Of a DNA stretch of 64,000 nt, positions 41,640 through 55,094 are shown one piece after another (the first letter of the stretch is position 1; each line of letters opens with the position of its first letter). A model generated the notes under the pieces. That model saw only the letters and a list, made by a program, of their open reading frames with translations, had not been told where the DNA came from and made no database searches. Source of the DNA: Eledone cirrhosa (Eukaryota). Location of the stretch: NCBI GenBank assembly GCA_964016885.1, contig OZ024743.1, forward strand, positions 256,184,001 through 256,248,000, written 5' to 3'. Both the position numbers and the translations under genes were made by a program.

Positions 41640-42276
41640 TCTGTAATGGAAGGGATTACCTAACGCAGCTCCTCCATCAGTTTGCTTATATTTTGATACC
41701 TTTCCGAGAGGGCCCCAGCACTGATGTCATTTACGTTGCTTTCAGCAAGGCCTTTGCTAGGGTTTATTCTATTGAAAAATACTATCCAATATCGGTCTCT
41801 CTGGAAAGTTAGTACAGTGGATCAAGTGTTTCCTGACAAACAGAGCCCAACATGTTGTAGTCGAAGGAGTAAAATCAAGCCCAGCCAAAGTTAGCAGTGG
41901 CGTCCTGCAAGGCACTGTGTTGGGCCCAATTCTTTTCATCATCTACATTAATGATATTATTGACATCATGAAGCACAGCAACAGAAGAATCTTTGCAGAT
42001 GTGCCCAAGCTCCAGAAGGTCATCAATGAGGTGGGTGACCGGACTTGCCTTCAGTCAGACCTAAAGGCTGTTATCCAATGGGTGGAAAAGAACAATATGC
42101 TGCTGAATGAGGATAAATTTAAGTTAATCCACTTTGGAAAAGAGGATGCTCAGAAACTTCCATACTCTCTTCCTTCAGATGAAACTCTCATGGCATCCAA
42201 CACATCAGAGACTCGGGAGTAATTGTCGGCAACAACATAAGCCGGGCCACTCATATAAACAGCAAAGCTGACATGG
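41640..42276 (+). mobile_element. CR1-like LINE reverse transcriptase fragment
   Basis: DVIYVAFSKAF..GKLVQWIKCFLTNRAQHVVVEG..SGVLQGTVLGPILFIIYINDI..RIFADVPKL..LQSDL..WVEKNNMLLNEDKF. Confidence 0.88.
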
Positions 42277-42288
42277 TATATATATGAT

Positions 42289-42629
42289 GGAGGCACATGG
42301 CTTAGTGGTTAGAGCATTGGGCTTGCAATCGAAAGGTTGTGAGTTCAATTCTCACACCGGCTGATGTGTTGTTTCCTTGAGCAAGACACTTTATTTCACA
42401 TTGCTCCAGTTTACTCAGCTGTAGAAATGAGATGATAGGACCGGGGTCCATATCATTCCACTACAAAGTGGTCATGGAGGTGCCACGGCAAAAAAGCACC
42501 CAGCACTCAATGTAAATGAGGTTGGTGTTAGGAAGGGCATCCAGCTGTAGAAATCAAGCCAAAATCAGTTCCCGTCCCACCCTTGCAAGCAGGGGAAAGC
42601 GGACGTAAAATGAAATGATGATGATGATG
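42289..42629 (+). mobile_element. tRNA-derived SINE family B, full length
   Basis: A box TGGCTTAGTGG, B-box-like GAGTTCAATTC, core TCCTTGAGCAAGACACTT, tail GGTGTTAGGAAGGGCATCCAGCTGTAGAAA..(ATG)n shared with the RTE 3' end. Confidence 0.88.
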
Positions 42630-42651
42630 ATACACATACATATATGCATAT

Positions 42652-42690
<39 letters not shown>

Positions 42691-42847
42691 GTGGGTAATA
42701 ATAAATATTACTCAGTTACAAGTATAGAAATAGCTCAATGTAAAATACCAAGTATACTACAAAGCCAAAATACAATATGAATCACAATCAAAGAGTCTTT
42801 AAAACATTTAATCACTTGTGATCGTTTCATCCTAGCACAAGGGCGGA

Positions 42848-43023
42848 GTAGATAATTGTTTCTACTTTAGGCACAAGGCCAGCAATTACCCAGTGCATTA
42901 CTGGTACTTTATTTTATCGACCCCGTAAGGATGAAAGGCAAAGTCAACCTCGGCGGGATTTGAACTTAGATCGTAAAGGGACGTAACTATGCTGGAAAGC
43001 ATGGCGTCCGACCCTAGATAATA
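42848..43023 (-). mobile_element. SINE family A, 5'-truncated, with apparent TAGATAAT target-site duplication
   Basis: Consensus match; TAGATAAT on both sides. Confidence 0.8.
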
Positions 43024-44239
43024 AAGGTCAAACACAAATACAATATCACAACTTTGTCACAGCATTAGGAGAATACATGATATGGGAGGCTAGATAAACA
43101 TAGGTATCAACATTTATATAAGATATAAGATAACAGAGGCAGAAGAGGCATAAGGATGATAGGAGCATATAAATGCAATAACAATTAGGAGCAGATAAAA
43201 GCATTAACAATGTAAAAATCTAAAAATCATGCTGTTATAGAAAAATTGTAAAATATGCTGCTACTGAAAGATTAAGTACAGTGAAAAACATATCATAAGC
43301 AGTAACACAATTAATAAAGTTAATAAGAAGAGGCATGCAATTCAAATATAAATTTAAAACATACATATCCAAAAAATATCTTTAATCAAGCATTTAAAAA
43401 ATATCTTTCATTATGCATTTAAAAAAAAGATTGACTATGTAATTCATTCATAATAATAAAACTTATTTCTTTCCCAACCCTCCAAAAGAGTTAATGTTGA
43501 ATAAATAGAATCACCAAAGTATAAAATCAAATATAGTTTGAAGTGTTATCAAGACACTTCATCCAAAAGAATCACATATTTGAATAGAGGCGACAAAGTC
43601 ATATATCCTTAAGCATTAAAAAACCCATCTTAGCATGGAATTTAAAAAAAAATTAATCCTTAAAAACCGTTAATACGAAATAAACATAAATATAGGGGAG
43701 GTAATTCATGTAAGACTTTCCATATATTAGAGAGTTACAATATATTAATAAGGAAAAATAGAAAGATTTAGTATTCAAAGATGTGTCGACTTAAAAAATA
43801 TTTTTTACGGCTAATGATTGTAGAACTAAAGAATTTTAAAAATAATAAGTTTACAAAATACAGATAAAAAATATTAACTATGTATACTAAAATGCTAAGT
43901 TATTAAAAAAATGTTAAGCTATATTAAAGGATAAAAAATTATATTAGTTAATTATACAAGTATTGAAAAGATATTATTAAAAAATAAAGTGTGAGGCAAT
44001 GGTTATTATATACAATATTAGCGAAAATAAATATAAGTAGGGCTTGTTTGGAAACAATGTAATAATAAGTTGCCTAAATATGAAGGGGTGATTATAATAA
44101 ATTAAAATCGCAATAGAAGGTACCAGAGAGGGATGTGTGAACAATGGTTGACACTATATGATACTAATATTACTGAAAAAAAATAAGGTATGAATCTCCA
44201 TTGATATAAATTAGTTACAAAGTCTAAAATAGTAAAAAG

Positions 44240-45020
44240 AATGGTGATTAATATGAGGTCAAGTGGAAAAGATTTCAGATTTCCTATTTAATAAATTTAG
44301 TTTAGAATAAATAATAATATGAGACAAAAAAAGGCAAAGATTATAAAATTTATTGGGAGGTTTATAAGAAAATGTTTTGGCAATCACATTCCAGGTCAGA
44401 GTGTAAGGTATATAATTACTCTTCAAACATGATATAAAACTAGATAAAGAAGTTGCATGCTTAAGCTTAGAGTTCTTGAAAGTATGAAGATGGGAATTAT
44501 ACGTCGTCTTAAAACTAGTCAAAGTAGAACCGATATAGATTTTGGAGTTGGTGGAAGTGGTGACTGTACAGGAATAATAATATTCTTAACAAGGCAATTT
44601 CTATTAAGAGTGCATTCATTTTATTAGGTCTACAATTACAGTTAGAGTAATTGATTAAGCAGTTTTGTAGGTAAAGGTGTTAAGGTTGTTAGAATTAAAA
44701 ATATGAGTGCTAAAATTGCTATTAATATTCCTATAAGTCCTAGATATTAAAGTATTTGGTTGTGAATTGTTATTTAAGTTGTAGGAAGTAAAATACTTAT
44801 TGATTTTCTTGTTATTACTATTTGCTATGTGATTAGCAATGTTAGGTGTGATAGAATAAAAAATCTAATGGTTGTTTTATTAATTAATTTATGGCATTTG
44901 TGATTAAATGGGAATTTTTTTTCAATAATAGAGAAGAATACTCTAGGTATATTAGAAGAAACATTTAAATTGAAAGGTGGATTAAAATATGAATTAAGCC
45001 TTCTTCTATTCTTTTTACTT
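44240..45020 (-). mobile_element. Penelope-like element C-terminal remnant (linker and GIY-YIG); AT-rich 3' region extends toward about 42690
   Basis: FNPPFNLNVSSNIPRVFFSIIEK..CNCRP..IYIGSTLTSFKTTYNSHLHTFKN..ATSLSSFI..LTWNVIAK..NLCL. Confidence 0.85.
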
Positions 45021-45142
45021 TTGTTACTAATAAGTATATCAGTAAAATGATTAGGATTAAAATCATGATGATTATTACCTTCAGATTTATGTTTAGTATT
45101 AGAAATATTAGGTCTAAAGTTAATACTATGTTTTTCTTATGT

Positions 45143-45205
<63 letters not shown>

Positions 45206-45207
<2 letters not shown>

Positions 45208-46692
45208 TCATCATCATCATCATCATCGTTTAACGTCCATGTTCCATGCTTGCATGGGTTTGGACGGGAGTTTTCCCACTTGAGGCAAGAGTGGTTGTGT
45301 TGCTCGCAAAGGACTGTCTGGCGGGTTTTCTACAGCTGGATGCCCTTCCTAACACCAACCACAATTACAGTGTGGGGCTGGGAGGTTTTTACCGTGTTGC
45401 CTACACGGCCACATTACAGCGTGGACTGTGTGTTTTTTGTCGTGACACCTACACGATCTCATTTGTTTCGGCCTGGATGTTGTGGCACCAACATAACTTT
45501 ACATTGAAAGGGGCGGTGTGGATGGTGTGGGTGGTGTGACGGGGGTGTATTTTGTTAGAGATGCCTACTGCTGTAGTAGGTTTTACTTTGTATTTAGGTA
45601 ATGCGGGTCTTCTCTATTACTGAGTACTGCCAAAGATCTCGGTCCAGTGACATTGTCTTGGAGAGGTGTAAGTGTGTGAGGTCGGAATTTATCAGGTCGT
45701 CCCAAGTTTTTCAGGGTCTGCCTACTCAGTGGCTACCATCTATCTTTATTGCCCTGCACTTTGTTATACAGCTTTCGTCTTTCATGCGCATCACATGACC
45801 ATACCAACGTAGCCTTCTCTCAAGTAAACAACATCTGATCCCTCTTATTTCTAATTTTTTCCTTAGTTCGTTTATGCTTTGCCGTACACGTATATTACTA
45901 TTATACATCCAGCGGAGCATGCAAGCTTCGTTCCTCTCTAGTCTGCGTATATCCTCTGCACACAATGCCCAGGTTTCACTGCCATGCAACATTGCTGTTC
46001 GTATGCAGGCATCATACAACCTGCCTTTCATTTTTAGGGAGAACCCTTTAGCGGCTAATAGTGGTATAAGCTCTCTGAACTTTTTCCATCCAGTTCTGAT
46101 TCTAGCTACTGTACTTTCAGAGCACCCTCCCCCACTGCTGATTTGTCACCCAGGTAACGGAAGCTGTCCACTATTTCTATAGAACCCTCTGCGCAATTGA
46201 AAGAGCTAGTAATTGTGGGCACTTGCTGCTACTTATTGCACCAGAGCACCGGCCACATGTAAAATCTATGTTCTTAGTTAGCTTACCTGTGATCCCACTA
46301 CATCTTTTATGCACCCATACTTTGCATTTGGGACATAAAATGGAGTTTCTACCTACGCCTTTCCTACACACTGAGCATGGCCATTTCCCGGAAGGGACCG
46401 GCGCGTTATTTTCTTTCCTACAAACTATGTTTGGAATTTCTTCTCTAGCTCGGCCATTGATTCAGCTATGAGCGTTAGATCATCTGCATATAGGAGTTCC
46501 CATGGGCAGCTGGTCTTGAACTCCACTGTTAAAGCCTGAAGGGCAATAATAAATAGTAGGGGGCTAAGAACAGAGCCCTGATGAACACCAACTTTTACGC
46601 TAAACATTTCACTATATTCGTTGTTAATTCTAACCTTGCTGACTGTTTCTTTATACATGGCTTGTATAGCTCTCACAAGCCATTCGTCAACA
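45206..46692 (-). mobile_element. RTE-clade LINE, 5'-truncated, with (ATG)n tail
   Basis: KVGVHQGSVLSPLLFIIALQAL..PWELLYADDL; CRKGVGRNSILCPKCKVWVHKRCSG; KGRLYDACIRTAMLHGSETW..RRLRWYGHVMRM. Confidence 0.93.
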
Positions 46693-46697
46693 CCTAC

Positions 46698-46793
<96 letters not shown>

Positions 46794-46796
<3 letters not shown>

Positions 46797-46994
46797 CTAA
46801 CCAACCTTAATTCCTTTAATTCCTTAATTCTATCGTATTCTCAAAACAAAACAAAATCCTTCCTTTCTTCTGCTTCGTATAAATTCCTTTAAATATATTA
46901 TGCTACTTCGAAAACTCTAAAATCCCGCTTCTATCCTTTCGACCCCCTCCCTCTACTTCACGAGGGCCTGCGGTCAGCCACCCCAATACCTACA

Positions 46995-47060
<66 letters not shown>

Positions 47061-47536
47061 TCTCTCTCTCTCTCCCCCTCTCTCTCTCTTAGCTATATAT
47101 ATATATATAAGATAAAAACTCCCTTCAAGTAAATCACTTTCGCCAATTCATTCGCTGTTCCTACTACGGTATATCATGTAATCGTAATGTACACAATTTT
47201 CTATCAACTCCACACTTCCATTTCGTATCTAGTCCAAACATCCAATCTTGCAAAATCCTAAATGTAGCGAACGTTTTCCTAAAACAAATCTGTATTTTTT
47301 GTTATTTATGTTAAATACGGGAGTTTTTGTCGTATTGAACAGAACAAATCTTGTATTTTTGTTTTTTGTTAATCGCTTGTTAAACACGAGGATCTCATAC
47401 AATCCTAACGTTCTAACCAACCTTAATTCCTTTAATTCCTTAATTCTATCGTATTCTCAAAACAAAACAAAATCCTTCCCTTCTTCTGCTTCTTATAAAT
47501 TCCTTTAAATATATTATGCTACTTCGAAAACCCTAA
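46794..47536. repeat. 1.2 copies of a 616-bp unit (127-bp direct terminal repeats), a diverged relative of the 452-bp satellite
   Basis: 46794-46920 matches 47410-47536. It shares GCGGTCA, (CT)n, TCACTT(T)CGCCAA, ATCATGTAA.CGTAA.GTACA, CATTTCGTAT..AGTCCAAA and TTTTTGTTAATCGCTTGTTAAA with the satellite, in the same order. Confidence 0.85.
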
Positions 47537-48178
47537 CCTTCCAGCTAGCTACCCAACACCCCTCCCACCCAACCCCACGCACCACCATTGTTATTATGTG
47601 GACCAATCATAAGCCAGAGCCCCCACGCATCACCATTATTATTACGCGGACCAATCATAAGCCAGAGGCCTATACTATCGCTTGCCCGGTTGCCTTTCGA
47701 TATATGATGGATGGATGGATGGACTACGGAATCCTGGAGAGTAGAAGAGAGAGAAAAATCTGGACGCTCAGCGACAATGCCAAAGATAAAGACAAATTCA
47801 CCTCGTGGACGAGAATGCGAGCACTCCTCTTTGTTTCGACCGCGGACGGCTAACATAACCAACATAACATAGCTTTAAATTAGGATACCTACTACCCACA
47901 GAAATATATTCATTAAGTATACTATTTCCTTCACAAGTCTATACCACACAATTGTCTGTAAATACCTCATCTACCAACAATCTTACTCCTTCTCAGCTGC
48001 TGCAATCATTTGATCCTAGATCCTAGTTTTTCTCATTTCACTACTACAATGTTACTTTACTTTCTTTTTGCCATAACTACAGTTAGCACGCTTTTCTCTT
48101 TGCATGTATGTATATTTTTGTACGAGTGTATATTGATGTGTATGTATGTGTCTATGTACACATATATGTGTATATATT

Positions 48179-48225
<47 letters not shown>

Positions 48226-48584
48226 AGATATATGCGTATATTAATTCGTTAACCTCTGTATTAACTCTACAACTATTGAGCTTTGACAGTGGTCCCACTC
48301 ATGTATACTGTTGAAGATGAAGAGAAAGATTGTAAAAACTAGCTTATCTTTATAATTTAAAATTGATGCACACTACGATACTTTTTTCCTTATGACAGCT
48401 GATTTTCACGCCGTAACATTAGATACATTATATACCCCCCACCTAAGTAATGTCAGGGTCTCCTTAAATAGTTTATTGATAGCATTGTTGTAATAATTGT
48501 TGTTGTTATTGTTCTAATTGAATGCCATAACTACTCCATATTTTCTTTTCTTTTCTTGCCTGTGTATTTTCTTCATTCTCGCAT

Positions 48585-48690
48585 GCTCCGAAGATCTGAC
48601 TGGTTATAATTCTGTATTGGCGATCGAGTGACGCAAAATTAGGCGGATAGCGATCTCTAAACAGACCAGTTCAGTGAAACAAATGTAAGC
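48585..48690 (+). ncRNA. Hammerhead motif, CCGAAGA core with about 80-nt stem II
   Basis: GCT-CCGAAGA-TCTGACTGGT...ACCAGTTCAGT-GAAAC-AAAT-GTA-AGC. Confidence 0.65.
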
Positions 48691-48742
48691 TATGTGATTA
48701 AAAACTTTTTTGTATAGCAAACCATGTAAACCTTCTTTCCTG

Positions 48743-48839
<97 letters not shown>

Positions 48840-48891
48840 CATATATATATATATATGTGAGAAAAACCACAAACCCTCCATCTCAATTCTA

Positions 48892-48927
48892 CATTTGAAA
48901 AGCACAAGAACTGCGAAACCGGTAAAG
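48892..48927 (+). ncRNA. Hammerhead U3-A8 variant, more diverged copy
   Basis: CAT-TTGAAAA-GCAC-AAGAA-CTGC-GAAA-CCGG-TA-AAG. Confidence 0.6.
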
Positions 48928-49300
48928 GAACCAAATATATATATAAAAAAAAAGAGTCCAGTTGCATTTTCGATTTCATCATTTTTCCTTATATATATAT
49001 ATGCCATTAAATGTTAAGTATGCAATGAAGATTGTATAGGACAAACTAAACTCACACTCAGAAACAGAATGACAGTTCATCGCCAACAATTACGAGATCC
49101 AACCACGAGACAGATACCACTAAGCGCACATCTAGACATATGCACAAGTAATAAGACACCCAAATTCCAATTCTTCCCATTTTACCTTTGCGCTGACAAT
49201 ACAACAGAACAAATAGGAATAAATAAGGAAAATATGTTTATTCAAAAATATAGACCAGCATTAAATATGTCAACACCATAACATGCTAACCATCCAAACA

Positions 49301-49334
<34 letters not shown>

Positions 49335-50610
49335 ACACCTTCTACTTTAGAAAATAAAAACCCGAACTAAATAAACCTTAACATACGTTTGCGCTGACAA
49401 TACAACAGAACACATACGAATAAGTAAGGAAAATATGCTGATTCAAAAATATTCCTACACACACACACACAATATATATATTCTCTTCATCTTAACATGC
49501 TAACCATACTCCCACTCACACATAACACCCATACACACACATAACCCCCTCCCCCCGCACACACACACAACTCCCTCCCCCATTTCTATTAATAGAATCA
49601 CTTTCCTACACACATATACACACACACAAAATATATATATTCTCTCCATCTTAACATACTCCCACACACACACACACACATAACACCCATACACACACAC
49701 TCACACACAACTCCCTCCCCCATTTCTACTAATAGAATCATCTTCCTATACATACACACACACACAAGCACACAAATAAACATACATATCTCTACCTTCT
49801 TTATTTCAATAGAAAATCTGAATTCTGACACCCCAGCGAACCAACCATATTCACTGAACCAGAACAAATTCTCCCATCCCATTTATCTTGACCATTATCT
49901 TTTGCTTGTCATAAAATTCTCTAAAAGGCTACAAAATAAATTCCCAAATATGGGGGGCAAAATTTAATGAAATTGTTCACGTGACAGTCATAATTTCATG
50001 TATAACCAATCAAATTATATTTATTTAAAATAAAGCCTTCGTGAGCTACTTTTTTTTAAAGTAAAAAGAAATTCAAACAAACTTACGCGAAAGCTGATAT
50101 ATTTATTCACGTGACTACATCAACCAACCAAACTTCACTCATATATGAAAAAACAACCTGCTATATTCACTGAACCAGAACAATTCTCCCATCCCATTTC
50201 TCTTGACCATTATCTTTTGTTTGTCATGAAATTCTCTAAAAGGCTACAAAATAAATTCCAAAATACGGGCGCAAAATTTAATGAACTTGTTCACATGACA
50301 GCCATAATTTCATTTATAACCAATCAAATTACATTTATTAAAAAAAGGCTTCGTGAGTCCCTTTTTTTAAGTAAAAAGAAATTCAAACACTCATATATGA
50401 AAAAAACAACCTGAGCCCCCCCCCCCCCCCCCTTGTTTGAAGAAATTTGTAACGCGAACTGGCGCGAAATTTATTATACTTATTGACCAACCAATCAAAT
50501 TACTTCTCTAAAAACCTGGCGTTTCGAGCCACTTTTTTCCATATAAAACAAGTAACATTCAAAGACCAACCAGATGTGAGAAAAACCACAGACCCTCCAT
50601 CTCAACTCTA

Positions 50611-50646
50611 CTTTTGAAAAGCAGAAGAACTGCGAAACCGGTAAAG
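50611..50646 (+). ncRNA. Minimal type I hammerhead with compensatory U3-A8 core (UUGAAAA)
   Basis: CTT-TTGAAAA-GCAG-AAGAA-CTGC-GAAA-CCGG-TA-AAG. Confidence 0.75.
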
Positions 50647-50726
50647 GAACCAAATAAATATATATATATATTTTTAAATAAGACTCCAGTTGCATTTTCG
50701 ATTTCATCTTTTTTTCTATATATATA

Positions 50727-50856
<130 letters not shown>

Positions 50857-50905
50857 AATATGGAAAACAAAGAGTCAGTGATGCATCGGAACACGATTTA
50901 TTAAC

Positions 50906-50996
50906 ATATTACAATTGTTTCTCCAGCAAACAGCTCGAGGTATGATCTATTTGTGGATCGAAGCTGACTCTCGATTCGCAAGTTCCTCAGGTATAT
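50906..50996 (-). ncRNA. Hammerhead motif with long stem II, degenerate, inside fold-back 50872-51080
   Basis: Minus: ATAC-CTGAGGA-[about 64 nt]-GAAAC-AATT-GTA-ATAT. Confidence 0.55.
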
Positions 50997-51195
50997 CTAG
51001 TGACTTCGAAGCAAATCCTTGATCGCCGGAGAAACAATTGTAATATGTTAATAAATCGTCTTCCGGAGCATCACTGATTCTTCGTTTTACATCCTCTGCT
51101 CCGAAGGAGCATAGAGTGCTCAACCGGCATACTGCCTATGGATGTATCCAAGCAATCTTACTACAAATATATATATATATATGTTCATATTTATA

Positions 51196-51233
<38 letters not shown>

Positions 51234-51289
51234 AACCTACAAAGACCAGATTCACAAAACATATTAACAACATATGTTATAAACACATA

Positions 51290-51730
51290 AACAGTTTTAA
51301 ACAACTTATTTAAAAGTATCTGATATTGATATTTCTGGTATGTATTTATAATGCACAAGGCCTCAATCGTAAATAGAAAAGTCTTAGCATCATCTTAATT
51401 TTGCTCTGCGTCTGATATACTTATTGGGGTTTAGGCAACATTAGATGCTTTCGCTGTGATGATTGAGCTTTGGTTTCCATATCTATACAGCTATGAGTCA
51501 CTTCCAGTTGTTAGGGTGTTTAGGAACTCAAGATCCTTGTTGGCACTATTGGGTGAATTCAAATGGCTAGCTGCCTAACAGCAACTGACACATCATGTGT
51601 GCCTGTCAAAAAAAAACATGCCTTTGTCTGATTGTATACAGCTCCACTCCCCACAGTTTTGTCTCCCTAACATCGTTACTTCCCATAAAAAAAATAATAT
51701 CAGATACATTTTCGATAGACCTATATGTGT
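51290..51730 (-). mobile_element. Mariner-like transposase relic
   Basis: Minus, frameshifted: DLEFLNTLTTGSDS..DMETKAQSSQRKH..RAKIKMML..F..GLVH; resembles the mariner ITGDETW..DPETKAQSSQWKH..KVML.VFFD..G.VH region. Confidence 0.7.
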
Positions 51731-51776
51731 ATCGTCGATGTATATATATATATATGTGTATACATATATATATATA

Positions 51777-51843
<67 letters not shown>

Positions 51844-52224
51844 TTATATGAATGAAAGAAACCATCCCTACCCACCAATCTGGAGAGTAAGAAATCAATA
51901 GCTGTGTGATAAATGGTGAAATAATTCATATTATTATTAAAGTTGTCACAGGCTGGTTGGCATTCCATAGAAACTATTTATTTAATATTATACCCAAACA
52001 CACATACGTATGTATGTATGTATGTATGTATGTATGTATGTATGTATGTATGTATGTATGTATGTATGTATGTATGTATGTATGAGTGTATGGATGTATG
52101 TTTATACAAACACACATATATATATTATATATATATGTTATGGGAGGATTTGTATGTATGTATGTATGTATGTATGTATGTATGTATGTATGTATGTATG
52201 TATGTATGTATGTATGTATGTATG

Positions 52225-52292
<68 letters not shown>

Positions 52293-53385
52293 CATATATA
52301 GAGAGAGAGAGGGAGAAAGAGAGAGAGAGATGGAGTTTTATCTCTTTTAAACTAGTGTGTGTAAAACCTTGATGTATAGATATTCTACATCAAATATTTT
52401 TTGATCAATCAATTATTGTATGTGTATGTATGCATATGTGTGCATCTATATGTGTGTGTGGACAAGGGCGTGAGTGTGTGTGTGGGGGGGGGGATATATA
52501 TACACAGAACCAGTGAATCACTGGTGGTTGAGCAGGCTAATGAAGTATGGTAGTATAGTGGGTTAAACATTTCAAGAGCTACAGTACATATCCCCTAAAA
52601 CTGCTGCTTTATTATCTCAATGACCAAACACTTAAATTTTATCATGTCTCATGTACTGTCATTGTTACTAGAAGTGGTAAAGCATGAGACAAAATGCTTT
52701 GTGGCATTCTGTTTTGGCCCTTTACATTCTAGTTCAAATACCTCAGAAATCAACTTTGCCTTTCATCTCCCTGGAGTTGATAACATAATGTACCTGTCAA
52801 GTACTGGGGTTTATTCAATCAACATACCTCAAGCAGGTTGTGTGTTGTGCTCTTGAGCAAAACACTTCATTTCCTATTGTTCCTGTACCAGCAGTATCTG
52901 AGAGTTTAACATCCTGTCCATGGGGTGCCTTGTGCTCTCAGTTGCTTAACACTAAGGAAACCAGGATAAGCAGCAGCCTAATGCACCTCCAGGCTGAAAC
53001 CAGACTTTAGGCTTTAGTTGAGATTCTGTATATTCTGGGTTCAAATCAAACCTTCTGTCAGTAGAAAACAGTGGCATGATTGGATAAGATTCTTCTCATG
53101 AATAAAACACCCAAAATACTTAACTTTTTTGTTACCATATCGATCAATTGGAAAGAAAGGTATCTAAATATAATATTTGGTGACCTCACAGGTCAATGCT
53201 GAAATATCCGAAGAGAGAAATATACCAAAACCTAAATGTATAACAAACAACAAAACATAAAACTTAATTAAAATCAATTAAATTCAATGATTTAAACATT
53301 TGTTAATTAAATTTCCGCTGTGTTTTACAATAACAAGTAGTCACCTGGTGATGTGTACTTGCTGCAATCTAGTTTCAATTTCAGA

Positions 53386-53897
53386 TTAACACTTTTGATA
53401 CCAAACCACCTGACACTGCTGCTGGCTCTATGACACAAAGCTGTTTGTTTTAAAGTGTTTATATACAGCTAAGTACAAAAACTACCATCATAATTTTATG
53501 TAAGAACCTCTGTTAAATTATGTTATTAAGAAAAACTACCAACATAATTTTATGTAAGAACCATTGTTAAGTTATTATATCTAAAAAAAGAAAACTACTA
53601 TCATAATTTAAATATGTATATATGACAGTTCTATTATTAAAATCCCAAAGAATTCTTCATTATTTTCAAAATGATTTTAAAATTATAGTTAGTGTCTTAC
53701 ATTAAATATATGGTAGTGAATGGGTTAAAGTATTCATATTTATCTAAGAACATTATTATCATAAATCTATATAAGAAGCCATGTTATGTTTTGCTCCAAA
53801 CACAATCTTAATAATGACAATGTTAGTTTCGGTTTTCAAAAGGATTGGAAAATAATAGTTAATATATTTCATAAGAAATATGTCAACAAAAGGGTTA
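53386..53897. mobile_element. Possible piggyBac-like MITE remnant with internal repeats
   Basis: Left end TTAA-CACTTTTGATACC; right-end candidates GGTAGTGAATGGG-TTAA (about 53727) and AAAAGGG-TTAA (about 53897); AAAACTACCATCATAATT recurs. Confidence 0.45.
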
Positions 53898-54509
53898 AAG
53901 TATACATATTTTATTTAAAATCTTCCATCATGTATTTATTCAAGAATCTATGTTGTGTTATACTGCAAACACCCAGTTAATAATAAGAATTTTAGAGCTA
54001 TTACTGAATCCCTCCAAATTCTTCATTATTTTCAATATTAATTAAAAATTATAATTAGTACCTTTCATTAATAATATGAAAATGAAATTGTTAGTGTGTA
54101 TATATTTATCTAAAAAGAAAACTACCATCATAAATCTATGAAAGAAATATTGCTATGTCATGTTCTAAAATCCAGCTTAATAATGAGAATTTTTAGTTCT
54201 ATTACTAAATCCCTTCACTTTTTGATTTACAGACAGTGTTTTTTATTAGAAATATGGTCATGTGTGGGTTATATCAAATATAACTTGTCAATACTCACGA
54301 GGAAAACAGACAGAAGCAACAAACATCTACAATATCTGTCCTCCTTGGATATATAATAAATATGAGACATTGGTTAAACAGAAATCAATATTGGCTAATT
54401 AAAATTTCATCTATAACAATAGACAGATATCTGAACTGAAAATATACAGATTTTTATTTTTGTAATTTTTATATATTTTTAAAGTTCATTTGTTCAGTTC
54501 ACAAATTTC

Positions 54510-54599
<90 letters not shown>

Positions 54600-55043
54600 A
54601 AAATATATAGACACAGACATATATATATATATATATATATAAAGACTTGCACATGCACACATACACACAAACCTAATATATAAAATTATAGGCACTTATA
54701 CATACATTTTCTTTTCTTTAAGATTTTTAATTTTATGTAATCGCTATTCTGTCTGATCCCATCTTTTAAAAATATGTTCAATTTTAATTTCGATCATATT
54801 TTTATTTTCATTTTTGTTGAAAATATTGGAATAACAAAGCAAAAGTGTTTGTTGGAAGAATATTAATTAGTTTTCATATCTATGATGTAATGTTAACAAT
54901 CAAAGAAATTTTATCTGACAAAATTATAACTTAACATGATAACCAACATTTCCTACACCAGAAATTAGACTTTCCGTAACATCAAAACAATTTTCATACA
55001 ACTGATGGGTATTAAATTGAAGTAATTAAGTTTGGCTTCATTT

Positions 55044-55094
<51 letters not shown>

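Larger units (their letters stand above)
48856..50720 (+). mobile_element. Penelope-like 3' remnant: GIY-YIG endonuclease fragment (about 48995-49281), repetitive 3' region, and direct pLTR pieces (48856-48990 and 50575-50720)
   Basis: IYAIKC*VCNEDCIGQTKLTLRNRMTVHRQQLRDP..SAHLDIC..KENMFIQKYRPALN; internal duplication at about 49845-50080 and 50163-50390. Confidence 0.85.

Noticed and set aside
42289-42362. tRNA gene
   Set aside because: tRNA-derived SINE head continuing into the SINE body; present in three copies
51097-51145. GCTCCGAAGGAGCATAGAGTGCTCAACC hairpin
   Set aside because: No GAAA after stem II; at most a decayed motif
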